Shown: positions 28,705 through 39,406 of the stretch, piece after piece | Numbering within the stretch: position 1 is the stretch's first letter | Layout: each line of letters begins with the position of its first letter | Origin: Spirochaetia bacterium | GTDB lineage: Bacteria > Spirochaetota > Spirochaetia > SZUA-6 > Bin103 | Reading direction: 5' to 3' | Length of the DNA: 64,000 bases | Assembly: GCA_965198005.1 (NCBI GenBank) | Contig: CBDAOI010000003.1 | Coordinates: 832,001 to 896,000 of the forward strand | Notes under the pieces: generated by a model | What the model saw: only the letters and a program-made list of their open reading frames with translations | The model's database searches: none | What the model was told of the DNA's origin: nothing | Translations under genes and position numbers: made by a program

Positions 28705-30200
28705 CGGGGCTGGTCCGCCGGACGGCGGCGAGCGCGCTGGTGCTGCTGGCGGCGGCAGCGTGGGGGCAGAACGGTGGCGGCGACGACGAATTCGATGCCC
28801 TGTTCGACGCGGAGATGATCGAGGAGCAGCCGGACGACGGTACCGGTGACGCCGCCACGGCCGACGCCCCCACCGACAACCTCGACGCACTGTTCGACGC
28901 GGAGGTGGTGGAGACGGTGGAGACCGGCGACGCCGGCCGTGCGCGTGCGGTCGCAGCGCCCGAGGAAGCGCTGCTGACCCGCGCCGGGGTCGACTGGGGC
29001 GGCTCGTTCCGCTATGCGCCGCAGGTGGAGCTCAGCTTCCCGAGCTACGCGGCGCTGTCGGCGGCGCTGCGCGGCGAGCGGTCCGCACGGCGTGCGTTGC
29101 GCCACGACTTGGCGGCGGAGCTGTACTTCGACGCCCGCCCGAGCAGCGACTTCCGCGTGTTCGGCAAGGCCAACGTGGACTATGCCCTGCCCGGCAGCGA
29201 GGCCGGCGCCACCGCCGGGCCCGGCCAGCCCGCTCCCGCCGACTCCGGTGCCGGCGGCGAGTTCTCCTTTACGCTGTTCGAGCTGTTCGCCGATTTCCAC
29301 TGGGACGACCGGGTGTTCTTCCGCGCCGGCAAGCAGCGTGCCGACTGGGGCGTGGGCCGGTTCTTCAGCCCCGCCGACCTGATGAGCCTGGTGACCATCG
29401 ATCCGCTCGACCCCGAGGCGGAGCGCGAGGGGCCGGTGGCGCTCAAGGTGCACGCTCCGCTCGGCGTGCACAACGCCTACCTGTATCTCATTACCGCCGA
29501 CTTCCGCGACCCGCTGGAGGTGGCCGTGGGCGCCCGCGCGGAGTTGGTGGCGGGCGGCGTGGAGCTGGGCGCGGGCGGCCTGATCCAGGCCGACCTGGTG
29601 CCCAAGGCAATCGCCACCGCCACCGGCTCGCTGGGCGACTTCGACCTGTTCGGAGAGCTGGTGATCCAGCGCGGCACCGAGCGCAACCGGATCGAGCTGG
29701 ACGCCGCCGGCAGACTCCGGGTTACCGCCCGCGAAGCGCGCGACCAGGAGTGGTTTCCGGCCGCCACCGCCGGCGTCGTCTACTTCGATCCCGGACCCGG
29801 CATCGTGCTGTCCGCGCAGTACTACTACAATCCCCTCGGCTACCCGGACAGCGCCGCCCTGGCGCCGGCACGCGCTGCCCTGCGCGCGGGCACCGGCGCC
29901 GGCCCGCCGCGCACCGGCCCGCAGCCGGAAGCCGTGGACCTGCTGTACTTCGGCCGCCACTACGCCGGCGCCAGCGCCGCCTGGAACGGCATCGCCGACA
30001 CCGACCTCGGCGCCTCCCTGTTCTGGCTGGCCAATCTGAGCGACGGCTCCGGCCTCGTGCGCCCCTCGCTCACCTACCAGGTGCTGGACTACGCCCGGCT
30101 CTCGCTCGGCGCGAGTCTCGGCTACGGCACCGGCGCCACCGAGTACGGCGAGCGCGTCGCGTTCACCCTGGGCGCCGCCCTGGGCATCGGCCGCTTCTGA
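28701..30200 (+). CDS. Putative outer-membrane beta-barrel protein
   Basis: TTGA overlap with upstream gene; signal peptide, acidic linker, RAGKQ..WG.G.FFSP.D, terminal Phe. Confidence 0.75.
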   Translation: MTGLVRRTAASALVLLAAAAWGQNGGGDDEFDALFDAEMIEEQPDDGTGDAATADAPTDNLDALFDAEVVETVETGDAGRARAVAAPEEALLTRAGVDWGGSFRYAPQVELSFPSYAALSAALRGERSARRALRHDLAAELYFDARPSSDFRVFGKANVDYALPGSEAGATAGPGQPAPADSGAGGEFSFTLFELFADFHWDDRVFFRAGKQRADWGVGRFFSPADLMSLVTIDPLDPEAEREGPVALKVHAPLGVHNAYLYLITADFRDPLEVAVGARAELVAGGVELGAGGLIQADLVPKAIATATGSLGDFDLFGELVIQRGTERNRIELDAAGRLRVTAREARDQEWFPAATAGVVYFDPGPGIVLSAQYYYNPLGYPDSAALAPARAALRAGTGAGPPRTGPQPEAVDLLYFGRHYAGASAAWNGIADTDLGASLFWLANLSDGSGLVRPSLTYQVLDYARLSLGASLGYGTGATEYGERVAFTLGAALGIGRF

Positions 30201-30239
30201 CGCGCGGGCGTACCCGGCGGGACGTGCGATGACCTCCCT

Positions 30240-30410
30240 GTGGAGGTCTCCCGTATCTTCTGGGAAGACCGCTCATTCCTGTCATCGACGCTGCTCCACG
30301 GGACGTTTTCGCTCAGGCTCTGTATCATCAACCACACTACGACTTGGGATGATGTACGCGAGCCCCTGGAGACCGCCGAGCGGTTTGGGCGGGAGACGTC
30401 GATCAAGTAG
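30240..30410 (+). pseudogene. C-terminal remnant of a group II PLP-dependent decarboxylase
   Basis: Reads FLSSTLLHGTFSLRLCIINHTTTWDDVREPLE...* ; rest of gene absent. Confidence 0.65.
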
Positions 30411-30450
30411 ACGCGGGGTACGTGGCTGGCCTCGCTACAGGAGGAGCTTG

Positions 30451-30954
30451 ATGTCGTGGGGAAAGAGCACGGTTACCCTGCTGGCCGCGGTGGCGGCAAT
30501 GCTGGTGGCGCAGGCGGCGATCGCCGAGGAGAGTGGCACGTATCGGTCGGTGAGAAGCTACCACCACGAGTACGTCACCATTGACCATGGCGCCGAGAGC
30601 TTTACCGGGGGCTTCCTGCGGGGAACGGAAACTATCGTCGAGAGCAGCGGAGGCACGTTCGCCATTGGCTCCAACAGGCGCGTCGATTGCCTGGTGTATT
30701 CCCGCAGCTCGGACGGCGGTATCGAGTTGGAGGCGCCGTGCACGTCGGCCGACGCGGATGGTGACAGCTTCTTCACGGTGTCCATCCGGCGTCAGGGCGA
30801 CGTTGCGGTTGGCGGTGGCGGCGCGGGCCAGTGGGAGTTGCTGGGCGGCACCGGGAAGTACGAAGGAATTGCCGGCAGTTGTTCCTACGTCACCGAGTAC
30901 CTGGAAGGCGCACGCGTGGTGGTGATCGGCGACTGTAGCTGGAGCAGATCCTGA
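30451..30954 (+). CDS. Secreted hypothetical beta-rich protein
   Basis: AGGAGG RBS, signal peptide, DADGD and GGTGKYEGIAG motifs, four Cys. Confidence 0.75.
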   Translation: MSWGKSTVTLLAAVAAMLVAQAAIAEESGTYRSVRSYHHEYVTIDHGAESFTGGFLRGTETIVESSGGTFAIGSNRRVDCLVYSRSSDGGIELEAPCTSADADGDSFFTVSIRRQGDVAVGGGGAGQWELLGGTGKYEGIAGSCSYVTEYLEGARVVVIGDCSWSRS

Positions 30955-31066
30955 AGCCCGGGGCTGAAGGGGCGATCGGTTAAGAAAATCTAACCGGCCG
31001 GTAACCGGCGCACAAAACCGATCGGCGACGCTTGAACTATCACACCTATCTACATGGAGGTTTTCG

Positions 31067-31969
31067 ATGAAGACCATGGTTCGAGCCGTTGTTGCGGCTG
31101 TGTTGCTGGCGGTGGGGTTGCCGCTGGCGGCCGATTACCACGAGTCGGCAGGCATCCAGGTGACTGCCGTGGACCCCGACGGGCCGGCCGCCGCGGCGGG
31201 CATCGAGCGCGGGGACCTGATCCTGAGCATTGACGGGCAACCGGTGGTGACCGCCAACGACCTGATCGAGGCGCTGGTTGCCGCGGAGGGTTCCGAGGTC
31301 ATGCTGTCGGTCAAGCACGGCAGCGAGCTGCGCGACCAGGTCGTGCAGATCGAGCACGTCTGGGGACGTCCCCGCATCGGCGTAATGATCGCCGCGGCGC
31401 CGCGTCCCGCGGTCGAGCTCGGCATGAGTCGCGACGACGCCGAGGCGAGCGCGGACGGTCCGCAAACCTGGTCGTTCCGGTTCGAGGGAACGGTTGACGA
31501 GCCGGGCGTCATCGTGGTGGACGTGGTTCCGGACAGCGCTGCCGCCGGCGCCGGGTTGCAGCCGGGCGACTCGATTACCGCAATCGACGGCGAGCAGGTC
31601 GGCCTCGACCGCGGCGACCTCGCGGCGGCCATCGGCGAACGCGCCCCGGGAGACAACATCACGGTCGACTTCGAACGCGCAGGCGAGGCGATGACCGCGA
31701 CCGCCACCCTCGGCGAGCACCCCGAGAGCGGCGCCGCCATGCTCGGCATACGGTTCCTGCCGCTGCCGTTCATGTCGGATGACCCGCGCGAGTTCGGCTT
31801 CGGGTTCGGCCGCGGAGGACACTTTGCCGAGATGCGCGAGCTGGTCGACCGGCTCATGCAGGAGCACTTCGAGCGGATCGGGAGCGACGCCGAGCCGATG
31901 CCCGAGGCGATGCCGGAAGCTGACGCGGAGGAGCACGCGGAGGAGATGGAGACCGAGAGCGGCTCATAA
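31067..31969 (+). CDS. Secreted tandem-PDZ protein
   Basis: Signal peptide; two PDZ motifs (V.PDGPAAAAGIERGDLI.SIDG; VVPDSAAAGAGLQPGDSI.AIDG); no protease domain. Confidence 0.85.
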   Translation: MKTMVRAVVAAVLLAVGLPLAADYHESAGIQVTAVDPDGPAAAAGIERGDLILSIDGQPVVTANDLIEALVAAEGSEVMLSVKHGSELRDQVVQIEHVWGRPRIGVMIAAAPRPAVELGMSRDDAEASADGPQTWSFRFEGTVDEPGVIVVDVVPDSAAAGAGLQPGDSITAIDGEQVGLDRGDLAAAIGERAPGDNITVDFERAGEAMTATATLGEHPESGAAMLGIRFLPLPFMSDDPREFGFGFGRGGHFAEMRELVDRLMQEHFERIGSDAEPMPEAMPEADAEEHAEEMETESGS

Positions 31970-32211
31970 GCGTAGGGGGCGCGTCCGGATCAATCCAGCG
32001 CGCCGTCGCTCAGGCCCAGCGGCAGTGGCAACGGGCGTTCGCAGGTGGTGGTCAGATCCACCCGGCGCCCGGCCGCTGCCGCGTTGTTTCACGGCGTGCA
32101 TGTTTCGAGCACGCGGCGCGCCAGTTGTCCGCCGGCGCGGTGCAGCCGGCCACGCGAATCGGAAAGTCGCGGCGGCCCACCTGCATACACCGCGCCGGGG
32201 CCAGCGCCGGC

Positions 32212-33237
32212 CTACGCGGCGGCGGGGCCGTCCGCGGCCGGCCCGACCAGCCGCGGCAGGAAGCCGGCGACCGCAAGCTGCCACAGGTGGTACATGATCA
32301 GCGGCAGCAACGCCAGACCGAGCAGGTCCGGGTCGCCCGCGAAGAACGTCGTCAGCAGCGGCGCGCCCAGGGCCAGCGTCTTCTGGGGCGCCACGAACAG
32401 CGCGGTGCAGGTGTTGGCGCGGTCCAGGCGCAGGGCGCGCGCGCCGCTCCACGCCAGCCCCAGCAGCAGCAGGTGGGACACCGCCAGGTAGCCCAGCAGC
32501 GGCCAGAACCGCAGCAGCGACGGCGCGAAGGTCGGATCGAGGGCCGGCCGCGAGAACGAGAACCAGACGATCACCACGATGGCGCCGTTCATGAATACGC
32601 CGAACCGTCTGCGCTGGCGTTCGATCCAGGCGCGCAGGCGCAGCCGCAGCACCTGGCCGATCGCCACCGGCAGCAGCATCTGCAACGACAGCGAGGACAG
32701 CATCCGCAGCAACTCCTCGGCCGGCAGCGCGCGGCCGGTCCGCTGCAGCAGCCAGGACAGCAGCAGCGGCGACAGGAACACGCCCAGCACGTTCGCCAGC
32801 GAGGCGTTGAAGATGGTTGCCACCACGTTGCCGCGCGCGAGCTGGGTGAACACGATGCAGCTCGACACGGTGGTGGGCAGCACCGCCAGCGCCAGGATGC
32901 CGGCGACGATGCGCGGGTCGCCGCCGCGCCACAGCAGGGCGGCGGTGGCGGCGAAGTACAGCGGGCACACCGCGAAGATGAAGAGCTGCAGGAACAGGTG
33001 CAGGCGCACGTCGCGCAGGCCGGTGCGGATCGCCTCGGTCGGCAGGCTCATGCCCGAGGTCAGAAACAGCAGCACCACCAGCACGGTGGCGGAGGCGCCG
33101 TCCCGGCTGACGGCGACACCGGCCCGCGGCGCGGTCAGCCCGACCGCCACCGCCGCCAGCAGCCCGACCAGGAACCAGTTACGCGCGAGCCAACTCGCGG
33201 CGTTCCGGGCGCAAGGTGTGATTCCGCTCAAACCCAT
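32212..33237 (-). CDS. Bile acid:sodium symporter family transporter
   Basis: NWFLVG, LPTTVSSC.VFT..A.GN, QKTLALGAP, YHLWQL. Confidence 0.9.
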   Translation of the reverse strand: MGLSGITPCARNAASWLARNWFLVGLLAAVAVGLTAPRAGVAVSRDGASATVLVVLLFLTSGMSLPTEAIRTGLRDVRLHLFLQLFIFAVCPLYFAATAALLWRGGDPRIVAGILALAVLPTTVSSCIVFTQLARGNVVATIFNASLANVLGVFLSPLLLSWLLQRTGRALPAEELLRMLSSLSLQMLLPVAIGQVLRLRLRAWIERQRRRFGVFMNGAIVVIVWFSFSRPALDPTFAPSLLRFWPLLGYLAVSHLLLLGLAWSGARALRLDRANTCTALFVAPQKTLALGAPLLTTFFAGDPDLLGLALLPLIMYHLWQLAVAGFLPRLVGPAADGPAAA

Positions 33238-34049
33238 TGCCCAGTGTTCCGGCCCAGGAAGGCGGGTCGCGTCCGAACAGCCGCCAGTGCCAGGATGATG
33301 CGATAGCCACCACTGAGCTGGTCGAGAGTGAGTTCTTCCGGCGGTCCCGAATCCGATTCCAGGGATACGACAAACCGAAGTGGACCGAGTTCGATACATG
33401 GCTCGGATGCGCCAGGGATCATCGACGTGATTGCCGTGCGAACCGCCTCCAGTTGTTTTGATACAAACCGCCGTCGGCGTCTCTGCTGCTCCCTGAGTTC
33501 CTCGCTTTCCTTGGCGTAGAACCACTTGAAAAAGTCACGGAAGTTGGGACGAAGCGAAAGCGCCCCCTCCAACGCGGCGTAGCGGGAAAACTCCTTGGGG
33601 AACCCGCGCCGTCGTTGAGGAGCATCGAATACGGCGCGATCGGTGTCGTAGAAGGCAACAATCGGCAGGTCGAAGTCACGGCCCGCTTCGTCCGCGTTGA
33701 TGATGTCGTCGACCGCCTCACGCAGCGACCGACCGCCAACGGACTTCGGTCTCCTCGTCGAACGCTTGTTTACTCGTCCCCTGCGCCGAACCCATACTAG
33801 GCCGTCGGTCGTTTCCAGCGTTACGCGTACGTATTTCGCAGACCGCCTCCGATCCGTATCACGAAACGAGATGCCGGAGACCTCCGGCAGCAAAGTCGGA
33901 ATAGCGCCCAGGCCAACGGCGATCGCGCTCAGTACACTTGTCTTTCCATGTGCGTTGTCGCCGTGAAATACGGTCAGAGATTCGTCCGGAGCGAGCTTGA
34001 GATACTTGATCACGCGATAATTCTCGATTTCGACCGAGCGCAGCTTCAT
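33228..34049 (-). pseudogene. AAA/ABC ATPase (PtuA-like), 3'-truncated
   Basis: IENYR, GDNAHGKTS, QLSGGYR signature, then ends without Walker B or H-loop. Confidence 0.75.
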
Positions 34050-34190
34050 CGGCGCAACTCCATGCGTGCCGTCAGGCCGTGCTGCCGTCGTTGATCACCC
34101 GTTGCTCGGCGCCGGCGGTCTCGATTACGTCGCCGAACGGGGCGAATGCGCGCTTGGTCAGTGGTTCGGGCAGGAGCCGGTGCGCGGTCG

Positions 34191-35180
34191 TCATGCAGCG
34201 CCCGCGGGGGTGCCGAACAGCCGCAGGCGGCTGAGGCCGCCGTCGGGAATGATGTTGAGGTGCACGTGCGACACCGGTTGGGCGGCGGCCGCGGCGGGAA
34301 GTTCGAAGGTGTGCTCGCGATCCGCCTGCAAGGGCTGCTCAGGCAGCAATACGGGCCAGAACATGGACTGGGCGATCACCGATTCCTGCAGCTGTCCGAG
34401 GTGGGCCGGCAGCAGCGCCCCCTGCAGCGAGCAGCGATCGGGGTAGTTGCCCTTGAAGTGGCTGGTGTCCACCACCACGCGCTGAATGGTGCCGGGGGTG
34501 GCCAGCGCGACGATGCACCAGTCCTGGCCCGGCTCCCGCCGCCGTCGCGTCTCCCAGCCTTCGCCGGCATGCCGCGCACGACCGGGCCGCAACAGGTTGG
34601 CCGGATGACCGTAGTGGGAGTTGTTCCACGCCACCGCTATCGCCCCGTTGCGTGCGCAGCCCAGGTCCACGAGACCGCGCGCGGCCAGCTCCTGCCAGTC
34701 GGGACGCGGCCGGCCGTACACGCGCAGGCGCGCCACGCCGCCGTCCGGCAACAGATTGAGCCGCACGTGGGTGACTACCTGCCCGGCCGAGACGTCGAAC
34801 AGATTGTGCGAGTCGGGTCCGATCGTGGCCGGCGGCACCAGGGTGATCCACTCGGCAGCCGCGTCCGGCTCGCCGCTGCAGGAGCAGCCCTCCAGGGAAG
34901 CCGCCGGGGGGAAGTTGCCGGTGAAGTGGGTGGTGTCGACGTCGACCGAAGAGACCTCGCCCGGCGCCGCCAGCCGCACGATGCAGTGGTCGTGCCCGCC
35001 GCGGCGCCGGCGGCGCGACTCCCAGCCGTCCATCCACTTGCCATGGTCGTCGTACTTGTCGGGGAAGAACACCGGGTCGGTGGGTTCCAGGATGCGGCTC
35101 ATGGGCCCGAAGAACTCGTCGCTGCAGGCAACGGCCATCGCCCCGAGCCGCGCATCCGCCAAGTTGGTTTCAGGCGGCAT
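34191..35180 (-). CDS. alc: Allantoicase
   Basis: [51 protein letters not shown]. Confidence 0.95.
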   Translation of the reverse strand: MPPETNLADARLGAMAVACSDEFFGPMSRILEPTDPVFFPDKYDDHGKWMDGWESRRRRRGGHDHCIVRLAAPGEVSSVDVDTTHFTGNFPPAASLEGCSCSGEPDAAAEWITLVPPATIGPDSHNLFDVSAGQVVTHVRLNLLPDGGVARLRVYGRPRPDWQELAARGLVDLGCARNGAIAVAWNNSHYGHPANLLRPGRARHAGEGWETRRRREPGQDWCIVALATPGTIQRVVVDTSHFKGNYPDRCSLQGALLPAHLGQLQESVIAQSMFWPVLLPEQPLQADREHTFELPAAAAAQPVSHVHLNIIPDGGLSRLRLFGTPAGAA

Positions 35181-36081
35181 GCGGGTGGTGTTGCCGCCAG
35201 TGGCGGGCAATGTCGACGCGCCGGCAGCACCACACCGCCTCGTGGGCCAGCACGTAGTCGAGGAAGCGCGCCACCGCGGCGACGCGGCCGGGACGGCCGG
35301 CCAGGCGGCAGTGGAGCCCCACCGACATCATGCGCGGGATGTGCGCGCCCTCGGCGTACAGTACGTCGAACGCATCGCGCAGGTAGGCGAAGAACTGTTC
35401 GCCGCAGTTGAAGCCCTGAGGCATGGCGAACCGCATGTCGTTGGCGTCGAGCGTGTAAGGCACCACCAAGTGGGGCCGTCCGCCGACCTCGGTCCAGAAC
35501 GGCAAGTCGTCGTTGTAGTCGTCGGCGTCGTACAGAAAGCCTCCCTCCTCCACCACCAGCCGGCGGGTGTTGGGACCGGTGCGCCCGGTATACCACCCCA
35601 GCGGCCGTTCGCCGGTGAGCTGCCGGATGATCTCCACGGCGCGCTGCAGATGTTCGCGCTCCACCGCTTCGGGCACCTCCTGGTAGTCGATCCAGCGGTA
35701 GCCGTGGCTGCAGATCTCGAAGCCGTGGGCCAGCGCCGCGTCCGCCACCGCGGGGTTGCGTTCCAGGGCCATCGCTACCGCGAACACGGTGATCGGCACC
35801 TGCCGTTCGCGGAACAGGTCGAACAGCCGCCAGACTCCCACCCGGCTGCCGTACTCGTAGATCGACTCCAAGCTCAGGTGCCGCTGCCCGGCGAGCGGAC
35901 GCGCGCCCACGATCTCCGACAGGAACGACTCCGAGGCCGCGTCCCCGTGCAGGACACAGTTCTCGCCCCCCTCCTCGTAGTTGACCACGAACTGCACCGC
36001 CACCCGCGCGCCGTCCGGCCACTGCGCGTGCGGTGGGGTGCGGCCGTAGCCGCGCAGATCCCGTGGGTAGTCGTCAATCAC
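35170..36081 (-). CDS. puuE: Allantoinase PuuE (polysaccharide deacetylase family)
   Basis: YPRDLRGYG, VQFVVNYEEGGE, ESIYEYGSR.G.WR, PYTLDANDMRF, MMSVGLHCR. Confidence 0.95.
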   Translation of the reverse strand: MIDDYPRDLRGYGRTPPHAQWPDGARVAVQFVVNYEEGGENCVLHGDAASESFLSEIVGARPLAGQRHLSLESIYEYGSRVGVWRLFDLFRERQVPITVFAVAMALERNPAVADAALAHGFEICSHGYRWIDYQEVPEAVEREHLQRAVEIIRQLTGERPLGWYTGRTGPNTRRLVVEEGGFLYDADDYNDDLPFWTEVGGRPHLVVPYTLDANDMRFAMPQGFNCGEQFFAYLRDAFDVLYAEGAHIPRMMSVGLHCRLAGRPGRVAAVARFLDYVLAHEAVWCCRRVDIARHWRQHHPHAA

Positions 36082-36150
36082 CGCGTGTACGGCGCAATGC
36101 TACACTTGCCACGGTTCCCGCGGCAAATCCAAACCGCCAAGCCTCGACGA

Positions 36151-37173
36151 TCAGAAAACGGAGACCCGGGCGATCGCGAAGTTCTCGGCCTGGAGCAGGT
36201 TGATCAGACCCGCCACTCCGGGTAGATGCGCAGCACCGACTGCAACGACTATCTCCGAGGCTTGGTGCGCGTGCTCGAGAATTTTCCCCACCCAGGCTCG
36301 ATTGCGCTTCAGCACAAGGTAGTGATCAAGTTTTTGGTACGCATCGTCCAAAGCCTCCACGTCGTCGACCAGCGCACGGTTTTGGAGGCGCGTGAGTTCC
36401 ATGACCACTACTGGTTGCTGTTCCAGCCAAGTGACGACCGCGGTTGCAACTAGGTCGTCGTCTGCCGCTACGCCGGCGAGAGACAGGCGCAGCACCTCGA
36501 GCTGGGTCTCTTCAGGGGCGTCGATGAAGAACGCCAGGAGCTCCGTCGCGTCGTCCAGCCCCGCGGTCTCGATTGCCAGATCATGCGCGAGCATCTCTAT
36601 GCGCTCGTCAAGCAATCGGGCCCCCTGGCGCCGGGCGTCCACCTCACACAGCGCGGTCTCCAGCAGCACGGTCACGAACCAGGGGCGCAGGTATTCGGCT
36701 ATCTCCGGCGGTGTACCGATAGCAGAGAGGTGCCCGCTTAACGTCTCCCACTGCTGTTCCGAAAGCCGGGCCCGCAGACCGGGGCCCGCGAAGTCGAATA
36801 TCAGCATCGAATCATCAAGAACTTCATGCTGAAACAGCTCCTGTTCGGCCGCCGCCATTTCCACCAACACAAGGTCGGCGTCGCGGATCCGGTCGGCGAT
36901 CTCGCCGGGGATGACAACGGCAGGATCGCTGACGTGAACCGTCCCGAACAGCGTGATCCTGGTGTCGCCCCGGATTGCCTCGAACGCGAGTCCGTCGTGG
37001 AAGGGAATCTGGGCGACGCGGGCGTAGGCTTCCGCCACCATCTCCGGCGGCAGGGTGTCACGCAGGTCCGAACCATTGCAGACCGCGAAGGCCACCACGG
37101 GAGTGAGCAGCAGGAGGCCGCGGAGCAGCGGTGCGGACAGGCGCACGCGCGCGGCCGGCAGACGATCGATCAT
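36151..37173 (-). CDS. TraB/GumN family protein
   Basis: LFGTVHV, LRPW, RNRAW, VAVGAAHLPG..G. Confidence 0.88.
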   Translation of the reverse strand: MIDRLPAARVRLSAPLLRGLLLLTPVVAFAVCNGSDLRDTLPPEMVAEAYARVAQIPFHDGLAFEAIRGDTRITLFGTVHVSDPAVVIPGEIADRIRDADLVLVEMAAAEQELFQHEVLDDSMLIFDFAGPGLRARLSEQQWETLSGHLSAIGTPPEIAEYLRPWFVTVLLETALCEVDARRQGARLLDERIEMLAHDLAIETAGLDDATELLAFFIDAPEETQLEVLRLSLAGVAADDDLVATAVVTWLEQQPVVVMELTRLQNRALVDDVEALDDAYQKLDHYLVLKRNRAWVGKILEHAHQASEIVVAVGAAHLPGVAGLINLLQAENFAIARVSVF

Positions 37174-37598
37174 GCGCAGCAGCGTACGGCGCCTCGCCGG
37201 CGCTGGACAAGGGGGCGGTCACGCGCAGGATCCAGCATGTGCCGCGCCCCTGCCAGCGTCCAGGTCATGGCGAGCGCGACGCACCGCGCGGGCTCACGCG
37301 ACGGTGAGGGAATGTGGCTGCTGCGGAACCACGGCACCGCGGCCGCGTGCAGGGCAACCGGGGAGCAGATTCGGAGCCGGTGACCGCTGCGCCGCCCGGT
37401 CCAGCCGGCGACGACGCCAGGAACCGATGAACGGGTGCCGGTGCCGGCGTGAAGCAGCGATGGGCGGCGCTCCGGGAGCCTGGGGAGCGGCGCGCCCGCG
37501 GGGACGGCGCCTTGTTGCGGAACAGCCGGGACGAGGCGCGCCCGCGTGCCGGGCCGTCAGTCGTGTCGCCGCGCATCCGCAGATTGGGGTCACACCCG

Positions 37599-38414
37599 TC
37601 ACGTACGCTGGATGGTGCGGTAGCGGCGCACCGCAAGCGGGGCGAACACGGCGATGATCGCCGCCGCCCACAGCAGCGTGTAGAGCACCGGATGCTGCAG
37701 CGGCCAGACCGCGGGATCCGGCGTACCCGGGGGGATGTTGCCGAACAGCTCGCGCGTCGCCTGGGTCACGGCCGACACCGGATTCCACAGGGCGAAGGTC
37801 CGCAGCACCGGCGGCAGGCTGTCGGCGGGCACGAAGGTGTTGGCCACGAAGGTCAGCGGCATCGTCACCATGAATGAGGCGTTGTTGATCACCTCGACGC
37901 TCGGCACCAGCAGTCCGACGTAGGCCATGATCCACGAGAAGGCGTAGGCGAACGCCAGCAGCAGCGCGAATCCCGCAACCCCCGGCAGCACGCCGGTGTC
38001 GATCCGCCACCCCACCACCAGACCGGTCAGCGCCATGATCAGCAGCGACGCCGCGTTGTACACCACGTCGCTGACCGTGCGGCCCACCAGCAGTGCGCTG
38101 CGCGACATCGGCAGCGACCGGAAGCGGTTCATGATCCCCTTCTGGAGATCCTCGGCCAGACCCGCGCCGGTGAAGATCGAGCCGAACACCACCGTCTGGG
38201 CGAAGATTCCGGCGATCAGGAACTCCCGGTACGAGCCGCCGGGAATGACGATCGAGCCGCCGAACACGTAGGCGAACAGCAGCACGAACATGATCGGCGA
38301 CAGCAGTACGAACACCAGCACCTCGGGCACGCGCTTGATCTTGATCACGTTGCGCCGGGCGATCACCACGGCGTCGGAGACCGCGTTGGACACCGCGTTG
38401 AACCAGCCGCTCAT
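37599..38414 (-). CDS. ABC-2 exporter permease (DrrB-like)
   Basis: PIMFVLLFAYVFGG, D...G...RFRSLPMSR, WNPVS. Confidence 0.92.
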   Translation of the reverse strand: MSGWFNAVSNAVSDAVVIARRNVIKIKRVPEVLVFVLLSPIMFVLLFAYVFGGSIVIPGGSYREFLIAGIFAQTVVFGSIFTGAGLAEDLQKGIMNRFRSLPMSRSALLVGRTVSDVVYNAASLLIMALTGLVVGWRIDTGVLPGVAGFALLLAFAYAFSWIMAYVGLLVPSVEVINNASFMVTMPLTFVANTFVPADSLPPVLRTFALWNPVSAVTQATRELFGNIPPGTPDPAVWPLQHPVLYTLLWAAAIIAVFAPLAVRRYRTIQRT

Positions 38415-39406
38415 GTCTCCTCCTCCTCCTCATCCTCGTTCTCCTGCGGTGCGGCGCTATGGCCGGTCAGCGTGAGGAACACGTCGTCCAGCGTCGGCCG
38501 GCGCAGGCCCACGTCGCGCACCGCCACCCCCGCCTGGTCCAGGGCGCGCAGCGCCTGCGTCAGCACCGGGGAGCCGCCGGCGATGGGCGTCACCACCCGG
38601 CGCGCGCGGGCGTCTACCTGCTGTTCCCCCACGGCGAACCGGGCCAGCACCGCGCGCGCCGCCGCCAGCGCCGCCGCCACGGCTGCCGCGGCCGCCGCCG
38701 GCAGCGTCACCTCGATCCGCTCGGCCCCGACCAGACCCTTCAACTCGTCGGGCGTGCCTTCGGCGATCGCCCGGCCGTGGTCGATCACCAGCACGCGGTC
38801 GGCGAGCTGGTCCGCCTCCTCCATGTACTGGGTGGTGAGCAGCACGGTGGTGCCGCTGCCCACCATCCGGTGGATCACCTCCCAGAGCTGGCGCCGGCTG
38901 TGCGGGTCCAGGCCGGTGGTCGGCTCGTCCAGGAACAGCACCGGCGGGTCGGCCACCAGCGCGCCCGCCAAGTCGAGGCGGCGCCGCATCCCCCCGGAGT
39001 AGGTCTTGACCGGCCGGTCCCCGGCCGCGACCAGATCGAACTGCTCCAGCAGTTGGCGGGCGCGTGCGCGCGCCGGCCGCCGGCCCAGGTGATACAGGCG
39101 CCCGATCATGTCGAGGTTCTCGAACCCGGTGAGGTGCTCGTCCACCGCCGCGAACTGGCCGGACAGTCCGATCCGCCGGCGCACCTCGCGCGGCGCCGCC
39201 ACCACGTCGGCGCCGGCCACCCGGGCCATGCCGGCGTCGGGTCTGATCAGCGTGGCCAGGATCGACACCGCGGTGGTCTTGCCGGCGCCGTTGGGACCGA
39301 GCACACCCAGCACCGCGCCCTCGGCCACGGCGAGGTCGAGCCCGTTCAGGGCGGTTACGTCTCCGTACCGCTTGACCAGTCCGGTGGCTTCGACGAGGTG
39401 TGCCAT
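38411..39406 (-). CDS. ABC exporter ATP-binding protein (DrrA-like)
   Basis: GPNGAGKTT, YSGGMRRRLDLA, LDEPTTGLDP, LTTQYMEEAD, PTLDDVFL.LTG. Confidence 0.93.
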   Translation of the reverse strand: MAHLVEATGLVKRYGDVTALNGLDLAVAEGAVLGVLGPNGAGKTTAVSILATLIRPDAGMARVAGADVVAAPREVRRRIGLSGQFAAVDEHLTGFENLDMIGRLYHLGRRPARARARQLLEQFDLVAAGDRPVKTYSGGMRRRLDLAGALVADPPVLFLDEPTTGLDPHSRRQLWEVIHRMVGSGTTVLLTTQYMEEADQLADRVLVIDHGRAIAEGTPDELKGLVGAERIEVTLPAAAAAAVAAALAAARAVLARFAVGEQQVDARARRVVTPIAGGSPVLTQALRALDQAGVAVRDVGLRRPTLDDVFLTLTGHSAAPQENEDEEEEET

